Shown one piece after another: positions 16,550 to 25,038 of a stretch of 38,579 bases of DNA (its first letter is position 1; each line of letters opens with the position of its first letter). Made by a program: the position numbers and the translations under genes. Source of the DNA: an uncultured Candidatus Saccharibacteria bacterium (GTDB lineage: Bacteria; Patescibacteriota; Saccharimonadia; QS-5-54-17). Where the stretch lies: NCBI GenBank assembly GCA_964638825.1, contig CAZXAD010000002.1, positions 1-38,579 on the forward strand. Reading direction: 5' to 3'. The notes under the pieces are model-generated. The model saw nothing but the letters and a program-made list of their open reading frames with translations. It had not been told where the DNA came from and made no database searches.

Positions 16550-16606
16550 GTGGGTGGACGTGGGTAATAATTAGTATTATATTGGAGTTAGTGGGTAGCA
16601 GTGGGT
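16550..16606 (+). promoter_or_regulatory. Candidate MraZ operator and dcw promoter: two pairs of TGGGT-N5-TGGGT flanking a TGGACG-N17-TATATT promoter
   Basis: GTGGGT occurs at 16550, 16560, 16591 and 16601 (spacings 10, 31 and 10 bp). The -10-like boxes TATTAT/TATATT lie at 16575-16583, and mraZ starts at 16641. Confidence 0.55.
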
Positions 16607-16640
16607 AAAGCCCACGATAAGCAATCCAAGGGAAATTAAC

Positions 16641-17027
16641 ATGCCAAACCTCGACTACTTCGAACGCAAGCTTGATGACAAAAACCGGTTAACCATACCG
16701 GCGGATGCCCGGGCTGAATTTGAAGACGGGGAAATGGTAATAACCCAGGGATTCGGCAACTACTTGCACCTTTATAGTAAGAAAGTATGGGATGCGGATA
16801 TGGAATCGGCACTTTCGGGAGACATCCTGGATGAACGGATCGCCGATTTAAACGTCAAATTCCGCTTGGGAAAACAAATAGCCAAGCTGGACAAAAAGCA
16901 AGGCCGCATCACCATCGAACAGCGTCTTCTGGATTATGCCGGTATCGACACTGATGTAATAGCCGTCCGGGTAGGGAAATACTGGCGGTTAATGAGTCCG
17001 AGCCGGACACAAACCCATACAGAATAA
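16641..17027 (+). CDS. mraZ: Transcriptional regulator MraZ
   Basis: 128 aa with KLDDKNRLTIPA and a second D..GR.TI repeat (KKQGRITIEQ). AAGGGA SD upstream. Confidence 0.9.
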   Translation: MPNLDYFERKLDDKNRLTIPADARAEFEDGEMVITQGFGNYLHLYSKKVWDADMESALSGDILDERIADLNVKFRLGKQIAKLDKKQGRITIEQRLLDYAGIDTDVIAVRVGKYWRLMSPSRTQTHTE

Positions 17028-17392
17028 TATCCCGACCGCTCCTTGAGACGCACAAACCAAAATTGTTAATCAATAATCCGATTTGCACATTCAAAAACCA
17101 AAACAAAAACTCACATGATTGATAAACCGTTCGCGGTTTAAACATATCAAGTGCGAGATTAGCTATGTGGCAGCCAGCAGGTGGGCTTAGGGTAAAACAC
17201 CTCAAAAACAACCCTCGCACCTCAAATCTCCAAAACAACAACTCCACCTCACACGTCTCTCTTTTTTGAAGGAATTATTTTAATTCCTTACCACAACAAC
17301 AACCCTCCCCCGCCGTTGGCGGGAGACGGGGTTTATAAAAACAAAAACTCAAGCAAAAATAAAAAGCTGGCTGCTACACAGGTGATCTTGAC

Positions 17393-18319
17393 ATGCCAAA
17401 ACAAACACAAACATCATCACCATCATCAAATCCGGAGTTTCACCAGCCGGTATTAGCAGACAGCGTAATGCGTTTGCTCGATCCCGAACCGGGCGACCGG
17501 CTTTTGGACCTCACCGCTGGATACGGAGGTCATGCACGGAAAATTATCGACCGCGCGGGCAATACGACACACCATATATTGGTGGATCGTGACGCCCAAG
17601 CAGTGGATTGTTTGCAGCGCGCGTTTACTCGCGACAATATCTCGATAATCCATAGCGATTATGAGTCAGCGCTGAACACTATAACCGATGGATTCGACAT
17701 TGTGTTAATTGATTCGGGCGTGTCGTCACCGCAACTTGACAGTAGCAATCGTGGGTTCAGTTTCTCTGTCGACGCTCCGCTCGATATGCGGATGGATCAG
17801 ACACGCGGCTCTACGGCCGCTGACATCCTGAATACCATGCCAGAGCGTGATATCGTCGATATATTGCAACGATATGGCGAAGAGCGGCTCTCAGGCCGCA
17901 TTGCGCGGGTAATCGTTGAAAACCGGCCGATAATCACCACCAAACAACTGGCCGATATCGTAACCAGCGTGTATAAAGGCAAGAGCCGTATACACCCGGC
18001 GACTCGGACATTCCAAGCGGTGCGCATCGCGGTCAACGACGAACTCGGACAGCTGGAACGAACGCTTCCCACGATTGAAAAAATTCTTAATCCCGGGGGA
18101 CGAGCGGCGATCATCAGTTTCCACAGTCTCGAAGACCGCATAGTAAAACAGTTTATCCGGGAAAGTAGCCTACAGCCACTCAACAAAAAAGTGGTGCACG
18201 GCAAAATTGAAGATGTTTCCAACCCGCGCGCCCGCAGTGCCAAATTGCGAGCGGCGATTAAAAATACAAACCATGGTCAGTCTCGCCATCGGCGGGATAA
18301 AACAAAAACAAGGAGGTAA
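17393..18319 (+). CDS. rsmH: 16S rRNA (cytosine1402-N4)-methyltransferase
   Basis: 308 aa with HQPVLADSV, LDLTAGYGGHA, DSGVSSPQLD and SFHSLEDRIVKQF. It has an extra low-complexity N-terminus and a basic C-terminus. Confidence 0.95.
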   Translation: MPKQTQTSSPSSNPEFHQPVLADSVMRLLDPEPGDRLLDLTAGYGGHARKIIDRAGNTTHHILVDRDAQAVDCLQRAFTRDNISIIHSDYESALNTITDGFDIVLIDSGVSSPQLDSSNRGFSFSVDAPLDMRMDQTRGSTAADILNTMPERDIVDILQRYGEERLSGRIARVIVENRPIITTKQLADIVTSVYKGKSRIHPATRTFQAVRIAVNDELGQLERTLPTIEKILNPGGRAAIISFHSLEDRIVKQFIRESSLQPLNKKVVHGKIEDVSNPRARSAKLRAAIKNTNHGQSRHRRDKTKTRR

Positions 18320-18321
18320 GT

Positions 18322-18402
18322 ATGGCTATTAAAGTAAAAGCACTCGGCAGCAATGCACGGGCACAAAAAGTAGCAGTAAAAGCTCTCGAGCCAGTTGCCT
18401 AA
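18322..18402 (+). CDS. Candidate 26-aa small ORF (MAIKVKALGSNARAQKVAVKALEPVA)
   Basis: ATG lies 5 nt after a strong AGGAGG (18311-18316) that overlaps the rsmH stop. A hairpin follows. No homology is claimed. Confidence 0.3.
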   Translation: MAIKVKALGSNARAQKVAVKALEPVA

Positions 18403-18419
18403 ACAGCAACGCGCACAAA

Positions 18420-18448
18420 CCCGCCCCATTTTCTGATAATGGGGCGGG
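18420..18448 (+). other. GC-rich hairpin (11-bp perfect stem CCCGCCCCATT/AATGGGGCGGG, 7-nt loop) inside the dcw operon
   Basis: The arms were verified. No U-tract follows, so it is not a canonical intrinsic terminator. Confidence 0.6.
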
Positions 18449-18521
18449 GAATTGTCATCAAAAACACAAACAATAAAAATGCTCGTTATCGTCGATAACG
18501 GGTCTTTAGGAAACAAAAACT

Positions 18522-18869
18522 ATGTATCAACAACAAGCATTAATGCGTCGGCAGAATTCCCGTGGTGTACGCCGCAATCGGAATTTCAATGCACACACCG
18601 CAAGCAAGACACTCGGTCCGGTAACCTCGACATTGTTTTTGGTCATTATTATCGGAGTATTATCACTTTTATATTTAACGCAAATCACTAAAACCAGTAC
18701 GTACGGGTATGAAATCAACGACCTTGAACAACAACAAGCTGCATTGCAAGAGGAGCAGCAGGAATTACAAGTAGAAGCAGCCCGGTTGCAATCGGTAGCC
18801 CGTATAGAAAACTCTCCAGTCGCTTCAGAACTCGAATCGGAAACCAACGTTACCTATGACAGGCAGTAA
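18522..18869 (+). CDS. ftsL: Cell division protein FtsL-like (bitopic, coiled coil)
   Basis: 115 aa with a basic N-terminus, one TM helix (LFLVIIIGVLSLLYL) and a Q/E-rich coiled coil. Its position between rsmH and ftsI fits FtsL. Confidence 0.7.
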   Translation: MYQQQALMRRQNSRGVRRNRNFNAHTASKTLGPVTSTLFLVIIIGVLSLLYLTQITKTSTYGYEINDLEQQQAALQEEQQELQVEAARLQSVARIENSPVASELESETNVTYDRQ

Positions 18870-20583
18870 GTCACGCATTACTATTATCGGCATCATCTTT
18901 ATGATATTGGGAGCAGCGGTAGTGGCTCGATTGGGGTACCTGCAGGTACTGCGGCATGATTATTTCGCTGTACTGGCCAGCCAAGCCCATTCGCGCAAAT
19001 TTGAAATACCTGCTCGCCGGGGAGAGATATTTATGCAGAATCGCGGAGAAACGGTGCCGGTTGCGATGAATCGCAATTTACAAACACTATATGCCGATAC
19101 CCGTTATGTATACGATACGCCTCGTATAGTCAGAGAATTAAAAAATATCACCGGTACAGATTATTCAGAAATTCTAGAACGCACCGAAGGGTACACGGTG
19201 TTAGAGGAAGAAGTAAAGCGTGAAACCGCGAAAAAGATTAAAGATAAGCAGCTTTCCGGCATAGGATTGAGTGATAACTTTACCCGGGTATATCCGGAAG
19301 GAGTACTGGGCGCACAGATGATCGGCTTCGTGAATGATGACGGTCAAGGCCAATACGGTGCTGAAGAAGCGCTTAACGATACGCTCGCCGGGCAACCGGG
19401 TTTATTGGATGCTGAAACTGACGCCCGCGGTATACCGATTGCCGCAGAAGAAAACGTGCAACGGCCTTCCCGCGATGGCCAGGATGCCGTTTTAACTATC
19501 GACCGCAATATCCAGGCGTATGCGGAAAAAGCCCTCAAAAAGGGAGTAGAGGAAACAGGGGGCGAATCAGGGCATGTCGTTATCATGGACCCGAACTCCG
19601 GAGAAGTTTTGGCAATGGCGAATTACCCGAATTATGACCCGAACCAATATGAAGACGTGCAGGATTATCAATTGTTTCGAAACGCGGCGACAAGCCAGCA
19701 ATTTGAGCCGGGTTCCGGGTTTAAAGTGTTTACCATGGCAGCGGGACTCCAGTCGGGCAGCATAACTCCCGAGGAAACGTATTATGACAGCGGGTCAGTA
19801 CAGGTAGCCGACCATCGGATTGAAAATGCCATGGGCGGCAATAAGACGCGCAGCATGACCGAAATAATAACGCACTCGGTAAACACCGGCGCTGTTTACA
19901 TACTCAAACAACTCGGCGGAGCGGACGATTCAGACACCGGAAGCATCACCGAAGCTGATAAGCAGACACTGTATGACTATTATGTAAACCGATTCCGATT
20001 GACAGATCCGACCGGTATTGAACAACCGGGCGAACCGGATTTGACCATGCATAAACCTTCTGAGGTCGGTCCTGTTAATTATGCCAACATGGCATTCGGC
20101 CAGGGAATCACGACCACCATGACGCGTATGGTCGCGTCTATGAGCGCGGTTATTAACGGCGGAACGCTTCACGCACCCAGTATGGTAGATTACTACCGTT
20201 CCACTAACGGAACTACCCGCGACATAACTCCGGAAGTAATCGATGAAAACGTGGTGTCGGAAAAAACCTCCCACCAAGTGCGGACCATGATGGAAACGGT
20301 CGTAGAGGAAGGGGGCGGGTACGCGACGCGGGTCGAAGGACACCGTATCGGGGGTAAAACGGGGACGGCGCAGATGCCTCGGCCTGATGGCGGCTATTAT
20401 AACAATCGTGATATCGGCACGTTTACCGGTTTCGCGCCCGTGGAAAATCCCGAGTATATTATGATGGTTCGCGTAGATAATCCTCAGGTGCCGGGGTATG
20501 CTGGTTCAGCGGCGGCAGGCCCTATTTTCGGTGATATAATAGAATGGTTGTTGCGCTACGAAGGTGTTCCGCCTACCGAATAA
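18856..20583 (+). CDS. ftsI: Penicillin-binding protein (class B transpeptidase, FtsI/PBP2B-like)
   Basis: 575 aa with an N-terminal TM anchor, SGFK (SxxK), HSVN (SxN) and KTGTA (KTG) in the correct order. Confidence 0.92.
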   Translation: MTGSKSRITIIGIIFMILGAAVVARLGYLQVLRHDYFAVLASQAHSRKFEIPARRGEIFMQNRGETVPVAMNRNLQTLYADTRYVYDTPRIVRELKNITGTDYSEILERTEGYTVLEEEVKRETAKKIKDKQLSGIGLSDNFTRVYPEGVLGAQMIGFVNDDGQGQYGAEEALNDTLAGQPGLLDAETDARGIPIAAEENVQRPSRDGQDAVLTIDRNIQAYAEKALKKGVEETGGESGHVVIMDPNSGEVLAMANYPNYDPNQYEDVQDYQLFRNAATSQQFEPGSGFKVFTMAAGLQSGSITPEETYYDSGSVQVADHRIENAMGGNKTRSMTEIITHSVNTGAVYILKQLGGADDSDTGSITEADKQTLYDYYVNRFRLTDPTGIEQPGEPDLTMHKPSEVGPVNYANMAFGQGITTTMTRMVASMSAVINGGTLHAPSMVDYYRSTNGTTRDITPEVIDENVVSEKTSHQVRTMMETVVEEGGGYATRVEGHRIGGKTGTAQMPRPDGGYYNNRDIGTFTGFAPVENPEYIMMVRVDNPQVPGYAGSAAAGPIFGDIIEWLLRYEGVPPTE

Positions 20584-20622
20584 ATGTTAGTATTTAAGCA
20601 ATAGATAAAGGGAAAAATCAAT

Positions 20623-21678
20623 ATGGAAATACTCAATAGCGGACTATTAGATCCAATCATTATCGATCCACGAATCGTATTGCGTTTAATGTGGGCGGCG
20701 GCTACTGGATTTCTGCTGGCAATGTTGTTAACCCCGGTGTATACTCACTTTGCTTTTAAACATAAAGCATGGAAACGCATCCGCGAAAACGCGACTTCCG
20801 GAGAAAAAGCGCCAATATTCCATAAACTCCATGAGGAGAAACACAAGCGTAATATTCCTACCATGGCGGGAATTGTTATGGTGGTTACGGTAGCCGTGAT
20901 CACCATATTGTTTAATTATGACCAGGCGCAAACATTACTTCCGCTTGTCGCGCTCTTAGCCGCCGGAGCAGTCGGGCTGATCGATGATTTTATAAATATA
21001 CGTGGACAGGGAACAGGGGTAGCCGGCTTGCGCTCGCAGTTGAAATTCTGGTTAATCCTTCTTATCGCTGCTGGAATTAGCATGTATGCATACGTGAAAC
21101 TGGACTACACCAGCTTAGCAGTGCCGTTTCTTGAACAAGTACCGTTCGGATGGCTGATTATTCCGTTATTCATGCTTGTGATACTCGCTTCTGCGAACGC
21201 GGTTAATATAACTGATGGACTGGACGGATTGGCTGGAGGTTTGCTTACAATCGTTTTCGCTGTCTACACCTTAATCGCTATGCTGCAAGGTAATTTTGGA
21301 ATCGCTGTATTTTGTGCCACGGTAGTAGGCGCTCTCTTGTCATATACGTGGTTCAATGTGCATCCGGCCCGGTTCTTCATGGGTGATGTCGGATCATTCG
21401 CATTGGGTACTACGCTGGGCGTAGTGGCGCTCTTAACCGATACCGTATTACTGCTGCCGGTGATTGCAGCGGTGTTTGTATTAGAAGCCGGTTCTAGCAG
21501 CCTGCAACTGCTTTCCAAGCGGATTTTTAAGCGGAAAATTTTCCGTTCAGCTCCTTTGCATCACCATTTTGAAGCCATTGGATGGCCGGAAAGCAAAGTT
21601 ACTATGCGCATGTGGATTTTAGGTGCTATGTCAGGCACATTAGGATTGATCATCGCGGTGCTGGGAGGGCAGTTATGA
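20623..21678 (+). CDS. mraY: Phospho-N-acetylmuramoyl-pentapeptide transferase
   Basis: 351 aa, polytopic, with NAVNITDGLDGLAGG, GDVGSFALG and APLHHHFE. AAGGGA SD upstream. Confidence 0.95.
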   Translation: MEILNSGLLDPIIIDPRIVLRLMWAAATGFLLAMLLTPVYTHFAFKHKAWKRIRENATSGEKAPIFHKLHEEKHKRNIPTMAGIVMVVTVAVITILFNYDQAQTLLPLVALLAAGAVGLIDDFINIRGQGTGVAGLRSQLKFWLILLIAAGISMYAYVKLDYTSLAVPFLEQVPFGWLIIPLFMLVILASANAVNITDGLDGLAGGLLTIVFAVYTLIAMLQGNFGIAVFCATVVGALLSYTWFNVHPARFFMGDVGSFALGTTLGVVALLTDTVLLLPVIAAVFVLEAGSSSLQLLSKRIFKRKIFRSAPLHHHFEAIGWPESKVTMRMWILGAMSGTLGLIIAVLGGQL

Positions 21679-22877
21679 GCCAGACCCGGGGACACCGGGC
21701 TGACACCAGTCTCATATTATTATTAGGTATTTTGTTAATGGTAGGTCTGGTGGTGATTTATTCAATCAGCCCTATATTAAGCCGTGAATTGCTGGATGGG
21801 GCGGGCCGTAATTATTTCGCCTATGCACAGTTGCGGCATATTGCTCTCGGGGTGATATTGTTCGCAATTGCTACTCGTGTACCGTTACGAATATGGCGAA
21901 AATTGCTGCCGTGGCTGGCTGCTGCATCCGCGATGTTTCTGTTTCTTATGCTTACTCCGCTCGGTGTGAGCGAGGGAGGGGCTACCCGGTGGCTCGGAGT
22001 GGGCGCGTATACCTTCCAGCCGGTGGAATTGGTGAAATTCACGGTAGTTATCGGAGCGGCGGCATGGTTTGCCGGGCTAAAAGAGAAAGAAGTACAAAGT
22101 TATAAGTACGCGCTGTTCCCTCTGATGGGGGTGTTAGCATTAATCGCGGTTTTCGTATTAGTGCATCAGAAAGATCTGGGTTCGATGCTCGTGATTGCCG
22201 TTATCGCGACTACCATATTTTTCGCAAGCGGCGTCGGGTGGCGGCAGCTCGCCTATTTATCAGGAGCCGGAGTCTTGGCGGGAATACTCAGCATTATTTT
22301 GGTTCCGCACCGAATGGAACGGTTCCGTACTTTTTTTAATCCCGAAGGCGGTCTGTCAGAAAGCAGCTACCACCTCCACCAGGCACTGATCGCGGTTGGT
22401 TCGGGCGGATTGTTCGGTCTTGGGCTCGGGAAAAGCGTTCAGGTTTACGGGTATTTGCCAGAAGCAGCCAATGATTCTATTTTTGCTATAATAGCCGAAA
22501 CATTCGGGTTAGTGGGAGCTACCACCGTACTGCTACTGTTCGGACTGCTTGTTTACCGTTGTCTTGTAATCGCGCAACATACCGAAGATACGTTCAGCAC
22601 GTACATTGCTCTTGGTATTGCTGCATGGATAGGCGTACAGGCATTGATTAATATAACCGCCATGATCGGCATCATTCCATTAACTGGAATTACGTTGCCG
22701 TTTATAAGTTATGGAGGTTCGAGCTTAGCATCTGTTATGCTTGCTATGGGAGTGGTCACCCACATATCGAAATACACAGCAAGGACGCCACATGAAAATC
22801 GTAGTCAGCGGGGGCGGCAGCGGCGGACACATAACGCCTATTTTGGCAGTCGCTCATCATCTAATATCACGCGGTAA
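21675..22877 (+). CDS. ftsW: Peptidoglycan glycosyltransferase / lipid II flippase FtsW (SEDS family)
   Basis: ATG 21675 overlaps the mraY TGA (ATGA). Polytopic, with PVELVKF, EAANDSIFA and TGITLPFISYGGSS. The ORF track's longer start at 21582 lies inside mraY. Confidence 0.92.
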   Translation: MSQTRGHRADTSLILLLGILLMVGLVVIYSISPILSRELLDGAGRNYFAYAQLRHIALGVILFAIATRVPLRIWRKLLPWLAAASAMFLFLMLTPLGVSEGGATRWLGVGAYTFQPVELVKFTVVIGAAAWFAGLKEKEVQSYKYALFPLMGVLALIAVFVLVHQKDLGSMLVIAVIATTIFFASGVGWRQLAYLSGAGVLAGILSIILVPHRMERFRTFFNPEGGLSESSYHLHQALIAVGSGGLFGLGLGKSVQVYGYLPEAANDSIFAIIAETFGLVGATTVLLLFGLLVYRCLVIAQHTEDTFSTYIALGIAAWIGVQALINITAMIGIIPLTGITLPFISYGGSSLASVMLAMGVVTHISKYTARTPHENRSQRGRQRRTHNAYFGSRSSSNITR

Positions 22878-23868
22878 CGAACTGCATTATATCGGTTCGG
22901 GGAATTCACAAGAATCCCGATTATTCAAAGGATCCGGCATTGCTATGCATACAGTACCGACCGGTAAATACCGGCGATATTCAGGAAATGCATGGTGGAA
23001 AGCACTGCTTGATATAAAGACTCTGGTACTTAATATTCGCGATATGATACGATTCGCGGCCGGTTTTCTTAAAAGCGTGTGGCTCTTGGTGCGATTGCGC
23101 CCTGATCGGGTATTCGTGAAAGGCGGGTACGTCGGGCTACCCGTTGGATTGGCGGCTTGGGTGCTCCGCATACCGTTTATCATCCATGAATCGGATAAAG
23201 TGCCGGGATTAACTAATCGTATACTCCAGCGGTTTACCCCATACCGCGTATCCGGATTTGATACGGAAGGGTTTGTTCCTCTTGGCAATCCTGTTCGAGA
23301 AGATATTCTTCGTCCAGCACCCCTGGACCGGAATCATTTTGCTATAAAGAGCCAAAAACCTATTGTGTTAGTGTTCGGGGGGAGCCAAGGTTCGCATGCT
23401 ATCAACGAGGTGGTGGGGGAGTTGGCCGCTTCTTATGATGATATGGAAATTATCCATGTCCACGGCCGTTCATCTCCGGAGAAAATGCCATCGTATGCGC
23501 ATTATCACCCGTATGAGTTTTTGATGGAGGATATGCCGCACGCATTGCAATTGGCTGATGTAGTAGTGGCGAGAGCCGGAGCCAATACATTAGCCGAACT
23601 TGCGGTTTTAGCCAAACCCTCCATTATTATTCCGCATCCGAATTTGAGTGGTGATCACCAGACCGAAAACGCAGTATCCTGGAGGGATAGTATCGTAATG
23701 ATGCCACAATCCGAGCTGACAGCACCCGCGTTGCACGATCAACTGGACCGAATCGTTAATGACTCCAAAATCAAGCAGGCACTGTCACACGCTATTGCGG
23801 AACGTGCGAACCCTCAAGCAGCGGCTGATATCGCCGAATACGTCATTAACCCCCGGGAGGCCTCATAA
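22792..23868 (+). CDS. murG: UDP-N-acetylglucosamine--lipid I transferase
   Basis: Starts MKIVVSGGGSGGHITPILAVA (G-loop) and has a C-terminal GANTLAEL. The start at 22792 lies behind AAGGAC and 86 nt inside the ftsW ORF. Confidence 0.92.
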   Translation: MKIVVSGGGSGGHITPILAVAHHLISRGNELHYIGSGNSQESRLFKGSGIAMHTVPTGKYRRYSGNAWWKALLDIKTLVLNIRDMIRFAAGFLKSVWLLVRLRPDRVFVKGGYVGLPVGLAAWVLRIPFIIHESDKVPGLTNRILQRFTPYRVSGFDTEGFVPLGNPVREDILRPAPLDRNHFAIKSQKPIVLVFGGSQGSHAINEVVGELAASYDDMEIIHVHGRSSPEKMPSYAHYHPYEFLMEDMPHALQLADVVVARAGANTLAELAVLAKPSIIIPHPNLSGDHQTENAVSWRDSIVMMPQSELTAPALHDQLDRIVNDSKIKQALSHAIAERANPQAAADIAEYVINPREAS

Positions 23869-24663
23869 ATGTCCGACAAGCAACGCCAGAAACAGAAGAA
23901 TAAGAAAACCCCGCAGTCACCTTCAGGATTCCAGGCCCGCTATTATCGGGGCGATACGCGTGCTCAAACGTCACGCCGCACGCCGTGGTGGCGGAAAATT
24001 GTGCTGATCGTTATCATTGGCAGCTTGTTGAGTGGCGCGTGGATATTCGGCCGGGTAGAGGCGATTTCGGTAACCGGAGTGAACGATAAGAAGGTTGTTC
24101 GCACTGTGCACCGGCAACTCAACCAGCACTATACATTCTTGTGGCATGCGTACACGAAACCGGTTGAAGAGACGATTCGTTACCCTGACAACATCGATCA
24201 TGTAACACTTTCAGCGGATTGGATGAATCAGCGTCTTGTCGCGTCAATCAGAAAAGCTTCGCCGGCATTATTATGGAAGACAGAAGGGGATACATTTATC
24301 GTCAATAAACAGGGGCGAGCGATACGAAAAGCCGAAGATACCGGCCAAACGCTCCCCGTTATTATCGATGATTCGGGATTACCGGTTAATACGGGGGAGC
24401 AGATAGCGCCTGAAGATTTTGTTGCGTTCGTGAGCAAAGTAAAGAGTGGAGAACTTCCAATTACCCGATTACGTATCGTTGACACCACGCGTGAATTGTA
24501 TGCGGATCTGGAAGATGGCTATTATGTACGGTTCGATACTACTGCGCCGGTAAAAACGCAGCTAGAAAACGTCCAGCGCGCGCAAAAAACAGCCAAACGT
24601 AACGGCGATACTATCACCGAATATATTGACGTCCGATTACCGTATAAAGCGTATTATAAATAA
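23869..24663 (+). CDS. ftsQ: Cell division protein FtsQ/DivIB-like (POTRA)
   Basis: 264 aa with a basic N-terminus, one TM helix and a POTRA-like segment (VEAISVTGVNDKKVVRTV). The ATG abuts the murG TAA. Confidence 0.7.
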   Translation: MSDKQRQKQKNKKTPQSPSGFQARYYRGDTRAQTSRRTPWWRKIVLIVIIGSLLSGAWIFGRVEAISVTGVNDKKVVRTVHRQLNQHYTFLWHAYTKPVEETIRYPDNIDHVTLSADWMNQRLVASIRKASPALLWKTEGDTFIVNKQGRAIRKAEDTGQTLPVIIDDSGLPVNTGEQIAPEDFVAFVSKVKSGELPITRLRIVDTTRELYADLEDGYYVRFDTTAPVKTQLENVQRAQKTAKRNGDTITEYIDVRLPYKAYYK

Positions 24664-25020
24664 CACCTATGCTATAGGTAACATGTAACTATTTCGCATA
24701 TAACAAAAGGAGGTAACATGTATCATATAGCAATTTTCAAAACTTTTTAACTGCTACATGAAACATGGTAAATCTATGCTACATGATAATTGATACATAT
24801 AGTCCATGCTACTTGGTGGAGTAGTGCCCCGCCCTCCCCGTTTTCTGTTCGTTTTTTGTTCATATAACTAAATGGTGGCCCCAGATAGAAATTATTTTTA
24901 TATATTTAAATATAATATATGCATATAGTCAAATAGGCGAGAGAGAAGAGTAGGAGAGAATAGAAGTGGAGTAGTGTCAAATAAATAATCGAACATGCAT
25001 CCGTGTGTGGTCTGTGGAAA

Positions 25021-25038
25021 ATGTGATTTAAATCACAT
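25021..25038. promoter_or_regulatory. 18-bp perfect palindrome ATGTGATTTAAATCACAT (exact TGTGA-N6-TCACA, CRP/FNR-type half-sites)
   Basis: Verified base by base. On the - strand, TTGACA (25054-25049) lies 17 nt upstream of TTAAAT at the palindrome centre. Confidence 0.5.

Noticed and set aside
21582-21674. N-terminal 31-codon extension of the ftsW ORF.
   Set aside because: It lies inside the mraY coding region in another frame. ATG 21675 forms the classic ATGA stop/start overlap with mraY and begins a normal FtsW N-terminus.
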